From the NCBI GenBank assembly GCA_951406725.2, contig OX597825.1:44888001-44952000 (forward strand): 64,000 nucleotides of DNA. The letters run 5' to 3'. This document shows positions 1 to 12,549 of this stretch, piece by piece. The number at the start of each line of letters is the position of its first letter. Within the stretch, counting starts at the first letter, position 1. The notes beneath the pieces are model-generated. The model did not search any database. It had not been told where the DNA came from and saw nothing but the letters and a program-made list of their open reading frames with translations. The position numbers and the translations under genes are program-made. Source of the stretch: Octopus vulgaris. Lineage: Eukaryota.

Positions 1-758
1 TGTTTTGTTGACATTGAGGCATGACGAGCTTCGGCTCTTACATTAGGAGTCGGATCTGTCAGTTTAGGGTTAAGTTTTTGCGACGACACCTCCTCTGCAT
101 GTAAACATTGTTCGTTGTTCGTAGCGTAGTTTCTTAAGGCTAGCAGATCTATATTCGTCTGTATTGTTGATAGATTTACCTCCGGACATAGTTTTTGTGG
201 TGTTTTTTGCCCTTATGAAAGATTCACTCTGTCTGTGGTAGTTCGAAAATATGAGAATAAAATAAGAAGAAAAATGAAGAAAGTTTTGATTTTGTTTTTG
301 CTTGGTTTGTGTCACGTGTTTTCATGTGCGTGAGTGTGTGTCCTGTAAATTTCACTTAGTGTGTACAACTTCGGGGTGTATGTGTAATCCTATGGGTATC
401 AAAATGTATATATGATTGTGTAGACATTCGAGTGTATGCGTAATTACTCCATTTATGTACTCACTATTTTTTTAATTTTGGTCCGTTTCTATTTTATTCT
501 ATGTAAACTTTCCAGTGTTGATATCACGCGTGTGTTTCGCACATGTTTCATTGAGACACCGTGCGTAGGAGAAACTGTACTTTTTATGGCAGCAAAATTT
601 CGTTCTTTTTCTCTTAGTGTCTTCGTTAAAAGGCCGCTCCTTCAAATTTTCCTCAGGTTCCTTTATCTAATTCCATCGATGTTAATGAATTAGATTTGTT
701 TTTGAATGGAGAGCCCGGTTTAGTACATCCATGTTGTTAGTCAGTGCGGGCCTCCTTC

Positions 759-960
<202 letters not shown>

Positions 961-1140
961 GGCGTAGGAGTGGCTGTGTGGTAAGTAGCTTGCTTACCAA
1001 CCACATGGGTCTGGGTTCAGTCCCACTGCGTAGCACCTTGGGCAAGTGTCTTCTACTATAGCCTCGGGCCGACCAAAGCCTTGTGAGTGGATTTGGTAGA
1101 CGGAAACTGAAAGAAGCCCGTCGTATATATGTATATATAT
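961..1140 (+). mobile_element. tRNA-derived SINE (5' part)
   Basis: A-box-like tggctgtgtggtaag, B-box-like ggttcagtcc, body ggcaccttgggcaagtgtcttctactatagcc. Near-identical copies at 22983, 38958 and 39388. Confidence 0.9.
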
Positions 1141-1370
1141 ATATTTATTAATCAATTTAGGGTAGCAAAAAATTCAATAGAAATTATTTTGCCACCGGCG
1201 GTCTAGTGAGAAAGAGGAAATAGTCAGAGACTATAAATAAATTCAACAACAATTGAGGAACGGCTATAATAGGTCGTTCGACCTACTAGAAAGAGCAGCC
1301 AGGGCTCCAACCGCAAATAGTAGCAATTCCGAAATCAAAGGAAAAATAAAAAAACATTTACCCTATTCAT

Positions 1371-1480
1371 CTTTAGACAATGCATTGTTTCGGCGTTTTT
1401 TAATGGTAAACCAGCCTGATTAAATTGAATTAAACTTAATCAAGTCAATCTTCCAAAAGGCCACGCGCTCATCGGTAAAG
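1371..1480 (-). ncRNA. Type I hammerhead ribozyme motif (U4C core variant, enlarged stem II)
   Basis: Minus strand reads cttta-CCGATGA-gcgcgt...acgcc-GAAA-CAATGCATTG-TC-taaag, with a 5-bp stem I and palindromic stem III. It lies 3' of a PLE RT fragment. Confidence 0.7.
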
Positions 1481-1599
1481 AAGCCAGAAGGGACAGAAAT
1501 TACACGAGGCAGCTATATCTATGCCTAGGTAATATCTGACCTAAAATTTTCAAAGTCATCGTACTCGCGCCAACTTATCGGCAGCAAATATAAACTGCC

Positions 1600-1955
1600 G
1601 ATTCAAGAATAAAGCAGTCATCCAAATAACTTTTACAGTTCTCTCTTATATATTGGTAGAAGGAGTATCCATATTTTTGCAGTAATTCTTCATATACAGT
1701 CAATTCTAAATACTCCATCACTAGTTTGCAAGAGCTGGAGTTGCTTTTGTTCCCATCGCAATTCCATATTACTGTCGGTAGTAATTGATATCAAACATGA
1801 AGTAATTATCCTGGGGCATAAATTTTAATGTTTCAGTTATAAATTCTTTGTTAATGCGCCCTGGTAATTTAACCAGAATTTGGTTGCTTCTATTCCATAG
1901 TCCTGTGGTATATTAGCATACATGTTCACAGCATCAAACGACAAAACAAGAATAA
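1600..1955 (-). pseudogene. Penelope-like RT fragment
   Basis: Manual translation gives LSFDAVNMYANIPQDYGIEATKFWL, YGIAMGTKATPALAN and SYLDDCFIL, collinear with the PLE RT ORF at 34661-35929. Contains stops and frameshifts. Confidence 0.85.
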
Positions 1956-1959
1956 AAAC

Positions 1960-2870
1960 CTATACAGAGTAAAAACCTGTAAAAATTTATGCAAGAATAA
2001 AAACCTATACAGACTAAACAGCCAATTAGATTAGACATTTAAAAGAACAAAACCACACGAAACGGACCTCACTCTTTCTAGTAAATTGTTCTCCGACAAG
2101 AGACAAGAGCGGTTCACAAATTAAAAAGGAATTATCCCTACTTCAAATACCGGCACCAGATCTGTTACATACAAAATACTGCCATTTGACTCCCAGTGCT
2201 TATGACTCGATTCTTCCATTGTGTCAACTGCAGTACCAATCCCTTTGTTACAAGATTAGACATCAGCTACAGAAGCTGCACTTTGTGAAACCGTCTGGTT
2301 AACAAAACAGTAGACTTCATCAAGTCAGTGAATGATGCCTTTCCTGAAAACTCACAAGACAAAAATACACAAATGAGATGGGATTCTCGCGGGGCAACTT
2401 TTACAGTATCATACTGAGGGCCTCTGATAAGAAATGGAGTAAGACACAGGACTAAATTGAATTAAGTTCAAACAAGTTCACCGTTATCAACGCGTGCTGC
2501 ACTATTTGAATGTAAATGCTACCCTCACCCAAACAACTTTAAAAGCACTAATAACAGCAAGGTGTAAGGCCCAGAAAACAGGAAGGTGTAGTACAACAGA
2601 CAACTGGTTACAGCTTTGCAATAGTATTCAGTTGTCATTTGACAGTGGTGACCTCTATGGAGTGTATAAGAAGAGGAAGAAAAACATTAGACTAACCATG
2701 GAAAAGATAGTATCACTGAAGTTTGTAATAGGTGAGACCATCAAAGACAAAAGTAAGCAAATGGAATGGTGGATGAAGGATGACTCCAGACTATACTCCA
2801 TGGAAAATACTATTTCTGATAATGTGCTGGACTCTGAGGAACTAGATGCATTGAGATCTGCTAAAGACAA
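1960..2870 (+). mobile_element. Highly decayed RTE-like LINE fragment
   Basis: ORF 2494-2919 segment NWLQLCNSIQLSFDSGDLYGVY resembles the RTE inter-domain region (compare TWWSKKADEIQAASDSNNTKMLYG in ORF 9511-10398). Confidence 0.5.
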
Positions 2871-3567
2871 TCCTAATCCTAAGTACCTTATTGTTGGGGT
2901 ACATAAAGTTGACTCCTAGAATCAACTGAAGTTTGACTCCCAGTAACCATGATTCTGTAAATAACATTTAGGGGAAAATGATGAAAACAATATCGCGGTA
3001 TTTGTGAAGTACATTAAAACACATTAACACTTTAAAATGTATAAGAGGGAAGCTTAATTTTAATTGCACGGGTGTAGTCAATAAGAGCTGGCCGATTTCA
3101 TTATCATTAACTTTATTTTGAAGTCTTGAATCGTGATGAATTATATGCTTTTTCTTTTATAGCATGGCTCTTGGAGAATATATTCACATTTGTCTTTAAC
3201 ATAGTGCTACTTTGGAGTTCTCTGATTCGGCATATATTGATATATGTACGCCCTATTTAAATTTATTATCCGCTTTGTCGTGATTCCATGTTGAATATGC
3301 AGAAATCCACAAATCCACAGTATTAGTGGTGGAACAGCAACATCCTTTTGCAACCGCCTTCTCGCATTCGTCTGCCATGCATGTAATTATTTTAGAACCA
3401 GTCTGTAATCTTTGTCTTCGTCATACGAATAAGGCTTTAATTCATTAAACTGTTCTGCGTTTTCAGCAGTTGGACAAATGATGCATTTTTAAACTGACAT
3501 TTTCAACATTGTCGTATCTTACGTCCAGTCAACTCATCTAAATTTTGAGATTCACTTTCGCAAAGTA

Positions 3568-4742
3568 TCAGATCATTAAGAATGAAATGTCTGATTTTGA
3601 ACTGAAAATTTATTTTACTTTATCTCATCAAAAAGCAATGCACTAAATCAAAGTATGCATCTAATTTATCAACACAATCTCACCGTTTTATCGGTAGCTT
3701 CTTTATGCCGGCAGCGAAGAATTCTGGAGAGCAAGAGGTGATGGAATCACAAAAGGCTGTTTTTGCATCTTCAGATTTGAAGTTTTCGCCTTGCAAAAAG
3801 TTGTCTAATTCCTGGAAAACGTGATAGTCAGTTGGTGCAAGGTCTGGTGAATATGGTGGATGACAGAGAACTTCCAAGTTCAGTTCCTGTAACTTGAGTA
3901 GCGTTCTTTGTGAAACATGTGGTCGAGCATTGCCTTGCAAGAGAATTGGCCTGTCTCTATTGACCAATCTCGGTTGTTTATTTGCAAGTTCACTCATCAT
4001 TTCATCCAATTGGTTGACGTATACATTCGCTGTAATTGACTTACCAGGTCTCATGAAGCTGTAGTGGATGATACCAACGCTGGACCACTAAACAGACACC
4101 ATTAGCTTTTTTCCTTTTTTGGTGAATATTCTTTTTTGTATTGTGTTTTGGCACTTCGTCTCCCTCCAATCACCGTGCAGAACTCTTGCTATTGTTGAAA
4201 AGAATCAATTTTTAATCACACATAACAATACGATGCAAAAATGGTCCGCTTCTATACTGTGACAGCAAAGAACAACAAGTTTCTAGACGACGTGTCATTT
4301 GATGCTCGTTCAGTTCGTGTGGTACCCACTTGTCCAGCTTCTTTACCTTCCCGATTTGTTTCAGATGGTCCAATTCAGTTGGAATCGAAACATCAAACTT
4401 TGCTACTAACTCACGCGTAGTTTGACATGTATCCCCTTCCACTACAGTTCATCATTACCCACCTTGGTCTCAGGTCTACCACGGGGCTGATTTTCAAAAG
4501 TAAAATCAACAGATCGGAACTTCTCAAACCATCAACGTACAATGCGCTCATTCCCCAAATATCTCATTGATGTTTCGAGCTGTTTAGGATGCATTGGTTC
4601 AATGACGAAAATCATATTTATAAACAACACGATTTTTTTATCTATCCATAGGTTCGCAAAAATTGATTTACAAGAGAAAACTCACAATATAATCAGACAC
4701 TATGACATAAGAAAATCGAAAATTTCAATCTTAATGACCTGA
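3568..4742 (-). mobile_element. Full-length decayed mariner transposon
   Basis: ~30-bp imperfect TIRs (tcagatcattaagaatgaaatgtctgatttt / aaaatcgaaaatttcaatcttaatgacctga) flanked by TA. Transposase motifs WVPHEL (ORF 4212-4442) and YSPDLAPTDYH (ORF 3680-4054). Confidence 0.95.
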
Positions 4743-7700
4743 TATTATTGCAACCAATTCTAAATCTATTATACGGCCTGTAGCAGGAATATTTAGTTAT
4801 TAGATCTCTATATCCGATGTAGCAGAAAACACCACCGCAACACAGCTTACCAGCACTTTGCGAGTTCACACAAACAACACCGGTGTATCTCTGAGAAATT
4901 TCTCCCTGGGCAAATTTTCCCTGTCGTTGTATCCCTGCTGCGCCACCACCATCTTTGTCGTCGATACACTGGTGATCGTGTCCCTAACATGCTTCTTCTT
5001 AGCACATCAAACGTTTTTGGCACCACCGCCGAGATGCCAGTACGCTATATGCAACATCATCGATATCAACCAACATAGCCAGTAAACACTTATTCATCTT
5101 GTTTTCTTTCTTGTTCATTGTCAAATAAAGACCTCGTCAACATCGGACACCTACAATAGGTTCATCTTGAGTCTGTAATGACATCAACCTCGTCATTGTC
5201 ATTTGAACGAACAATATCAACACATTCTTCTACTGATGCTTCCATCTGTTCCAGTGACAAGAACGAGATAAGTCATGTGTTTTCTCCAGTGCAGTACAAA
5301 AACACTGGTTTCTTCATTAATATTATTTTCTTCCTGATTTCTCCTTCTTTCTGCCCATACACACATACAACTGAACACAATTACATTACACACACTTCGA
5401 CGTGCATACATTCACATATAGCATGCACGCAAGCACCCAGCGCTTGCGCAACATGCATATAGACTTAGCAAACACATTCATTGCTAGTAGTATACATAAA
5501 ATTACTACAGATAGATGACACTCTACTTCAGCTGTTTATGTTCCTAAGCTTGGAAATAGCTGAACAGGTTCACTATAACAACTCACTTGCATTCAATACA
5601 AAAATACATGTGTCCTCATCACATGTTTTTCCTAGCAGGTTTGCAATTATATTCTGGCCTAACATTTAACCACAATTCTGATTTTTCTCGCATACTGTTC
5701 AGCATTTTTTTTTCTTTCACATTCCTGTTTCTGCTGATTTTTTTACCTCAAACTTGTATAGTTTCATGTAAGGGCATTATATTGTACAGGATAACGTCTT
5801 CTGATAGTACTCCAACACTTTTCGGCTGGATTAGCTACTCACCATTTATGCAATTTAACCATTATTATTAGTCTTGCATGCACCCTTTTCTAATACATGT
5901 TCTTTTATACACTTCACATCAGCAGTTCCTGCATTGTTCTCATCATTTCGTTCAATTCACTGTGAAAAGAAATTTTCACGAGAAGGGGAATAATGTAGCT
6001 GGAATATTTAGCAATCAGATCACTATATCCCATATCACGATTTGCTAGAACATTACCGAAGTCATTAAAAGAAAATCTGATAAATCACGATACCAACAAT
6101 TTCATCTTTGGCATGCTTCTTCCTGAGCTTAACTTTTACTATATATTCAACACCTAATCTACAGACGGCGAACGAGAGACATTAGAAAACGCTAGCACGA
6201 CCAGCGGCTGCCCCCAATGGGCGAACAGCAACAGCAACACAAGGGCCAGTTAACATTTTGACTGCTGCTACAATCACACCATTCCAAGAGCAATTATTTT
6301 CAAATTTAATCGATGTTTTGTTGTTTGAATTAACGACAACATTTTGTTTTCGAAAATAAATATTTTGTTTATCAAAATCTCAAGCACATTTCTGTGCCCT
6401 TCATTGTAATGGACCTGAGGATTCAGTGGCAATATAGTTTCTTCTTAAAATCCACTAGATAGTCAAATAAGCATTTATAAAGTGTTTCGCTTTGCTATTA
6501 ATTTATAAACAAGTAAAAATGTTTCGAAATCTTCTGATCAACCAGACATATGAATCTATTGTAGTTGATAGAATATTGTAAGAACGGTTTTAAAACTGCA
6601 CCCAAATTGAAGCATGACCAAGTTTCCGTAAGAAACTAGTAGAGAATAAAAGAACATCGCTGAACTTCTTGAATTTCTTTTTTAATTGACGAAGGATAAT
6701 TTTACTGCAACTTGTATCTGGTGCTACTTATGAGTGGCATAATTTGTACACGATTGATAATTTTGCAGCGGAGCATTCTTGTACGTTGCCATTATTACAT
6801 CTTCAAAATAGTCTCTGCACGCTTCGTTGCATTGAAGCAATAATCTGTTTTTGCTGCCCTAATAAACTTTCATCATTAGCCTTTTAAAGTGGAAACAAAT
6901 TTACTAGCCTCTCACCCTTTGCGATAGGGATAATTCAACGTGATATAAACAAGAAGTGTTACACAAATTGAGAAGTACAGATTCAAATTAGAGAGAAAAA
7001 TTCAACCTTGTAAGGAACAAATAAATGCTCATGTGTGAATGTTCATTGACTAATTCACATAACTCCTCTTTGAGTGTCAAATACTTTGAAAAGCTAAGGG
7101 TAATTTTTGCGGAAAAGTGATAGGAAATCAGATACTGCTTTGAACTGAATAGTTTAAAATAAGCCTGATAGTCTTTTTTCATAGACTAACTGTAGCATGA
7201 GTTCTGCGTGAGTTCTTTTGAAACAGATAATTTAACAGAAAATGTGTAGCTTGCATCGAGAAAGAAAGACAACAAAGTGAACAGCCCTTTCAATTTAGAA
7301 GCAATTGAGTGGCGAACATATATTTTCAAAGGGAAAAAGGCAAGTACGACGGACCAACAAAAGATATAGGAGCAAATAACTCAGAAAATCGTTCTGCATA
7401 CTAAATACACAAATATGTTAAGGCTGACAAACTTAATTCAACTAATATTGTCAAAACAATTATGAAAAAAGAACTTTATTCTATTCACTTTTCAAGATGA
7501 GGAATAATCGGTGTATGTGTGTGCGTGTGTATGTGCGTGCCTGCGTGTGTGTGCACGTGTGTGTGCACGCGCGTGTGTGTGTGTAGAATGGAAATATAGT
7601 GACACAAATATATAAAAATCGACAAGATGGCTGAAGAAAAATTATTTCTCTGGAACGTTCGGCGATGGAGCGTTCACTTTTGTGATATTTTGAGCTGGAA

Positions 7701-7974
7701 TGGCTTAACAAACTGAGATCATCAATAAGCAATAAGAAAAAATTTCAACAAGTATTTAAAATTTTGAAACGACTAGTAACATACCTTCAATACCGTCAGA
7801 CGATCGATATTTTTGGTTGATATATCAATTAAATCAGTATTGATGATATGTACTGTCTACATTGTTTGTAGACAAAGAAAGTGATGAGAATTTGGTCGTT
7901 AAAGCCGATTGGTAAAAGCGAGGGAGATTTTTTTGGTTTATTTGACGTTCTCGCAATACCTAACCTACATTACT

Positions 7975-8020
<46 letters not shown>

Positions 8021-8023
<3 letters not shown>

Positions 8024-10612
8024 GGCTGCCCCCTCGTTATCGAGTATGGCCATTGCACGAAGCTTAACTGTTACTGGTGCTGTGATCGAATGTGACTTTT
8101 TAGCCCAGCTAAAGATCTACAATGTCTTGGACAAAATTGGCAACTAAAACCTTTACTGGTAATAGCCGGCTGTAGTAACTGGGCTTCATGTACCTTTGCA
8201 TGTCGTTTAAGTCCTCCTGCCGAATTACACTCTCTTCCACATGCCCGACAGACTCATGAGTCCAGCTTTACTGAGGCAGGGTCTTGCACAGACATTGCAT
8301 GTCAGAATCAAAGGAAGACCCTTCCCTTCTGGGAGTGTAACAGCGATGCCCTTCCTGACATCCCTCCTTACCTTCTCATGTGCAACTCGAGATTTCTCAA
8401 AAGTGGCTGTCCCCTCATGCACAGTCCTTCTCCACCTGCTACGATCAATAGCTGTGCCTTCCCATGTGTCAGGAGAGATGCAAGCATCTCTTAAGGAAGC
8501 CTTCAGCAAGTCCTTATACCTCTTTTTTGGTTTATGTGGAGGTCGTTCTCCTTTAGCTAACTCTCCATAAAAGAGTTGTTTTGGCATCCTTGAATCCTTC
8601 ATTCTGACCAGATGACCACTCCATCTGAGCCTTTGCTTTAACATAAGAGCTTCTATACTTTCACACCGAGATCCTTCCAATATTTCAAGATCACTGATGC
8701 GGTCCTTCCACTTAATGCCATAGATCCGTCTGAGACACATCTGATGGAAACGTTCCAGTTGTTTAAGGTGGTATCGATATGTGATCCACGTCTCGCAGGC
8801 ATAGAGAAGGGAAAGGAGCACACATGCCTTGTACACCTTTATCTTTGTCTTTCTGCATATGTCTCGCCGACTCCAGAGGCGCTTTTCTAGCCTTCCGAAA
8901 GCAACACTTGCTTTCCTAATTCTATATGGAATTTCATCATCCACATTGCCATATCTATTTATAGTGCTTCCCAGGTAGACAAACTGATCCACTACATCAA
9001 GTCGTTTACCATTCACATAGATATTTGGTACACTATACTGCTTACCAGGGGCAGGTTGATGCATGACAACAGTTTTCTTGAGATTGACTGTCAATCCTAA
9101 GGCAGTGCAAGCATCAGAGAATGCATTCAAAATGTGTTGCATATCAATCTCTGTGTGTGCTACTAGCTCACAATCATCTGCAAGCAAAAATCTGCATACA
9201 AAAGGTCTCTTATGATAGAGGAAAATACCTTTGTTTTTGCAGCAAAGCGCCTGATATTAAATATGCTGCCAGAGGTTCGATAATGGATGTAAACACCGTA
9301 TCTGCAGTTTCTGAATGCAATACAGAACACCATCGCGAAATATATGGCAAATAGGGTCGGTGCCAGAATATCCCCCTGTTTCACTCCATTTTGTATTGAA
9401 ATGGGCTCCGACATTTTCCCTCTAACATTCACCCTACCATTCATGTCTTCATGAAAAGACCTAACCAAAGCAAGGTACTTTTCAGGACACCCAAGTTTCT
9501 AGAGGACTTTCTATAATGCTTTTCTATTGGCGGTATCAAAGGCTTTTGTCAGATCGACAAAAACCTGATACAAATCCAGACCCTGTTCCACACACTTTTC
9601 CTGAAGCTGTCTAGCTGAAAAGATCATATGAGTAGTGCCACGTCCCACACGAAAGCCAGATTGACTTTCTGGAAGAACACAATCTGCAATGTATTTCAGC
9701 AGACGATCCAGAAGTATCCTGCATAAAACCTTTCCTACAGCAGACATCAATGATACTCCCCTATAATTACCACAATCATTCCTGTTGCTCTTTCCCTTAT
9801 ACAGGACCACTATTACTGCATCTCTCCAGTCCTCAGGTACAGATTCACTAGTCCATATCTTACCAAACAAAGAGTGAAGTTTCTGCAGAATTTTCTCACC
9901 ACCATGCTGTAACAACTCCGCATGTATGCCATCCATACCCGAAGACTTCCCATTATTCAACCTTGAGACAGCTATTGCAACTTCTTCCAACTTTGGTGGT
10001 TCCGCGAGTGCTGCCTTCACAGGCAATCCAGGGATGAAATTCAGAACATCCTCACTAACTACAGACTGCTGATTCAAAAGTTCATCAAAGTGTTCTTGCC
10101 ACCTTCGCAGAATTCCTTGTGAATCACGAAGTTCTTTACCATCCCTGCTTCGAAGTGGTGTCATCAGGGAAGACGTCGGTCCATAAACTTCTCGCAAGAG
10201 ACCATACAACATCTTTGTGTTGTTGGAATCTGATGCCGCCTGTATCTCGTCAGCCTTCTTACTCCACCATGTATTCCTCATCTGAGAGATCCTTTGCCTC
10301 ACACGTGATTTTACGTCCTTGAGTTCCCTATGCAACACTTCCCTTTCCTGTGTCTTTGCTGACAAATATCGTGACAAAGTACGTCTTTTATCAGCCAATA
10401 AATCATCTATATGTTCATCATTTTCTTTGAACTAGTCTTGATGCTTTCTTTGTATCAATCCCAGAACTTTCTTGCCTACGTCATAAACTGATTTTTTAAG
10501 GGTCGGCCAATCCTTCCCAATATCTGCGGCATTCATTTCCTCTCGTAAAGTTCTCTTCACACTATTATACCTAAGACGATCAACATTCAGTCTTTTAGGC
10601 AGGGTAATCCCT
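8021..10612 (-). mobile_element. 5'-truncated RTE-clade LINE (RT plus C-terminal C2H2 fingers), frameshifted
   Basis: ORFs 9511-10398, 9163-9468 and 8225-9187 give KSSGMDGI, NYRGVSL, FVDLTKAFD, GVKQGDILAPTLF, LLYAD/ADD and RLRWSGHLVRM. No endonuclease domain. Bounded by (TA)n and (CA)n. Confidence 0.95.
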
Positions 10613-10767
<155 letters not shown>

Positions 10768-10800
10768 TAAGAAAGTTTGTTTGGTAAAGCACGTGGGTGA

Positions 10801-11145
10801 ATATATAAGAAAATAGTAAAGTGTGAAAAAACGACAGAAGGCTTAAATGTTAAAAGATATATATATTTGTGTCAAAATGTCTGGAGAATATTGGAAAAAT
10901 TTTTTTCCTTTCCTTAAAATGACATAATTTTTAAATTTTTAAAGAAATTACCGGTTTCGCGTGTAGCTTTTCAAATTTATTTGAAAAGCTACACGCGAAA
11001 CCGGTAATTTCTTTAAAAATTTAAAAATTATGTCATTTTAAGGAAAGGAAAAAAATTTTTCCAATATTCTCCAGACATTTTGACACAAATATATATATCT
11101 TTTAACATTTAAGCCTTCTGTCGTTTTTTCACACTTTACTATTTT

Positions 11146-11154
<9 letters not shown>
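10801..11154. repeat. Long palindrome (~176-bp arms, 2-nt centre) containing two inverted HHR variants
   Basis: The arms are reverse complements about tcaaat-tt-atttga (centre 10977-10978). Confidence 0.95.
10945..10978 (-). ncRNA. Minimal hammerhead, U3-A8 variant (mirror copy on + at 10979-11010)
   Basis: aaat-TTGAAAA-gc tacac gc-GAAA-CCGG-TA-attt. Confidence 0.7.
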
Positions 11155-11183
<29 letters not shown>

Positions 11184-11236
11184 TATTGGTGAATTGAAGA
11201 AATGGAGCTGAACGAAGATTGAACAGAAATCGTTTT

Positions 11237-11328
11237 ATTTCATTCTACACGTGTTTCGAAAGGCACAATTTACCAAAATCCGATTGAATAATGAGACCAT
11301 ATTGTGTCTTTCTCTTCAGGAAGAAATA
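11237..11328 (-). ncRNA. Type I hammerhead ribozyme with intact core
   Basis: atttcttc-CTGAAGA-gaaagacacaat...attgtgcctttc-GAAA-CACGTG-TA-gaatgaaat. Stem II is 12 nt per side with one mismatch, stem III is palindromic, stem I is bulged. Confidence 0.85.
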
Positions 11329-11531
11329 GGAAATCCGTTGGAAAACAAAAACAGAACAGAGGCGGAGCAAAACAAATCGAACTAGGCTCCTAAGAGCCCA
11401 TGGCAAAACTCATGGTTGCAACACCATATGGTTGTACCTCCAACCGTGCTGTCTTCTGCTGTGATTTTTGCTACCAAGGTATCGGTTAAACTTTTGATTA
11501 ATCTGCTACAAGATTATTCATCTTTCTATTT

Positions 11532-11596
<65 letters not shown>

Positions 11597-11600
<4 letters not shown>

Positions 11601-12090
11601 AATAGTAAATAACATAATATATAAATATATGCATATATACATACATATATGCACATAGCTACATATATATGTATATATACATGTATTTATGTGTACAGGA
11701 TGTCAAAAAACCGTGAACGAAATGAGAAATGGAAAACAAAACAAACACATAGAAAACGAACTATTTTTCGAACAACGAAAGAAACAAATAGAGAAATGAT
11801 ATGGGCAACATAGAGAACATTCCCTTCATCAGTTGTTCCCTGTTTTATCTACTCCGCGTTTCGAAACGCGGAGTAGATAAAACAGGGAACAACTGATGAA
11901 GAGAATGTTCTTTATGTTGCCTGTATTTTCTACGTTTTTACTTTTATGTTCCTGCTTCTCATTTTGTTTACCTATTTTTGATGTCCTGTACCCATATATT
12001 CAATATGCATGTATATATACATATATATGTAGGTTTGTACATATATGTATGTATATATGCATATATTTATATATTATTTATATTATTAAA
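11597..12090. repeat. Degenerate inverted repeat with a near-perfect core centred at 11862/11863
   Basis: cgcgtttcgaaacgcg centre, ~50-bp near-perfect arms, diverged similarity out to the flanking (TA)n tracts. Confidence 0.85.
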
Positions 12091-12122
12091 TGATCGAACA
12101 CTACGCATCCATTTCCAAGTAA

Positions 12123-12193
<71 letters not shown>

Positions 12194-12300
12194 AAAAAGG
12201 AGATGTGGAACACGAGTTGTGATATATAAAAAAAAGGAAATGAAGAAAATGGTGACAAAATAATTTAAGTAATTTAAGTAATTTAATTAGGTGAAAGTTC

Positions 12301-12337
12301 TTTTTACCGGTTGCGCATTTGTTATGCTTATCAAAAG
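12301..12337 (-). ncRNA. Decayed minimal hammerhead (U3-A8; GAAA>GCAA)
   Basis: tt-TTGATAA-gcat aacaa atgc-GCAA-CCGG-TA-aa. Confidence 0.55.
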
Positions 12338-12502
12338 TTTTTTCCTCTTTTTATATATATATATATATATATTAATAAAGGGAATTCCAACCTTGTCTGA
12401 TTTTCACGTTTTATTTACAATCTTATAATGATATAATATAAGATAATATAATATAATAATAAAATAAAATAAAATAATAGAATGTTAAATGTTTATTCTG
12501 AT

Positions 12503-12547
12503 TGAACTAGTACTCTCATGCATTAAATTCTGCAATCTTCAGGTTCA
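12503..12547 (-). ncRNA. Decayed type I hammerhead (GAAA>GAGA)
   Basis: tgaac-CTGAAGA-ttgca gaatttaa tgcat-GAGA-GTAC-TA-gttca. Confidence 0.65.
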
Positions 12548-12549
12548 TG

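Noticed and set aside
510-570. Minus-strand hairpin followed by GAAA and a cacgcgtg palindrome, a possible hammerhead
   Set aside because: No CUGAnGA-like core upstream of the stem, so I cannot support it.
961-1030. Functional tRNA genes at SINE heads (also 56979-57030)
   Set aside because: No complete cloverleaf, and they continue into multi-copy repeat bodies.
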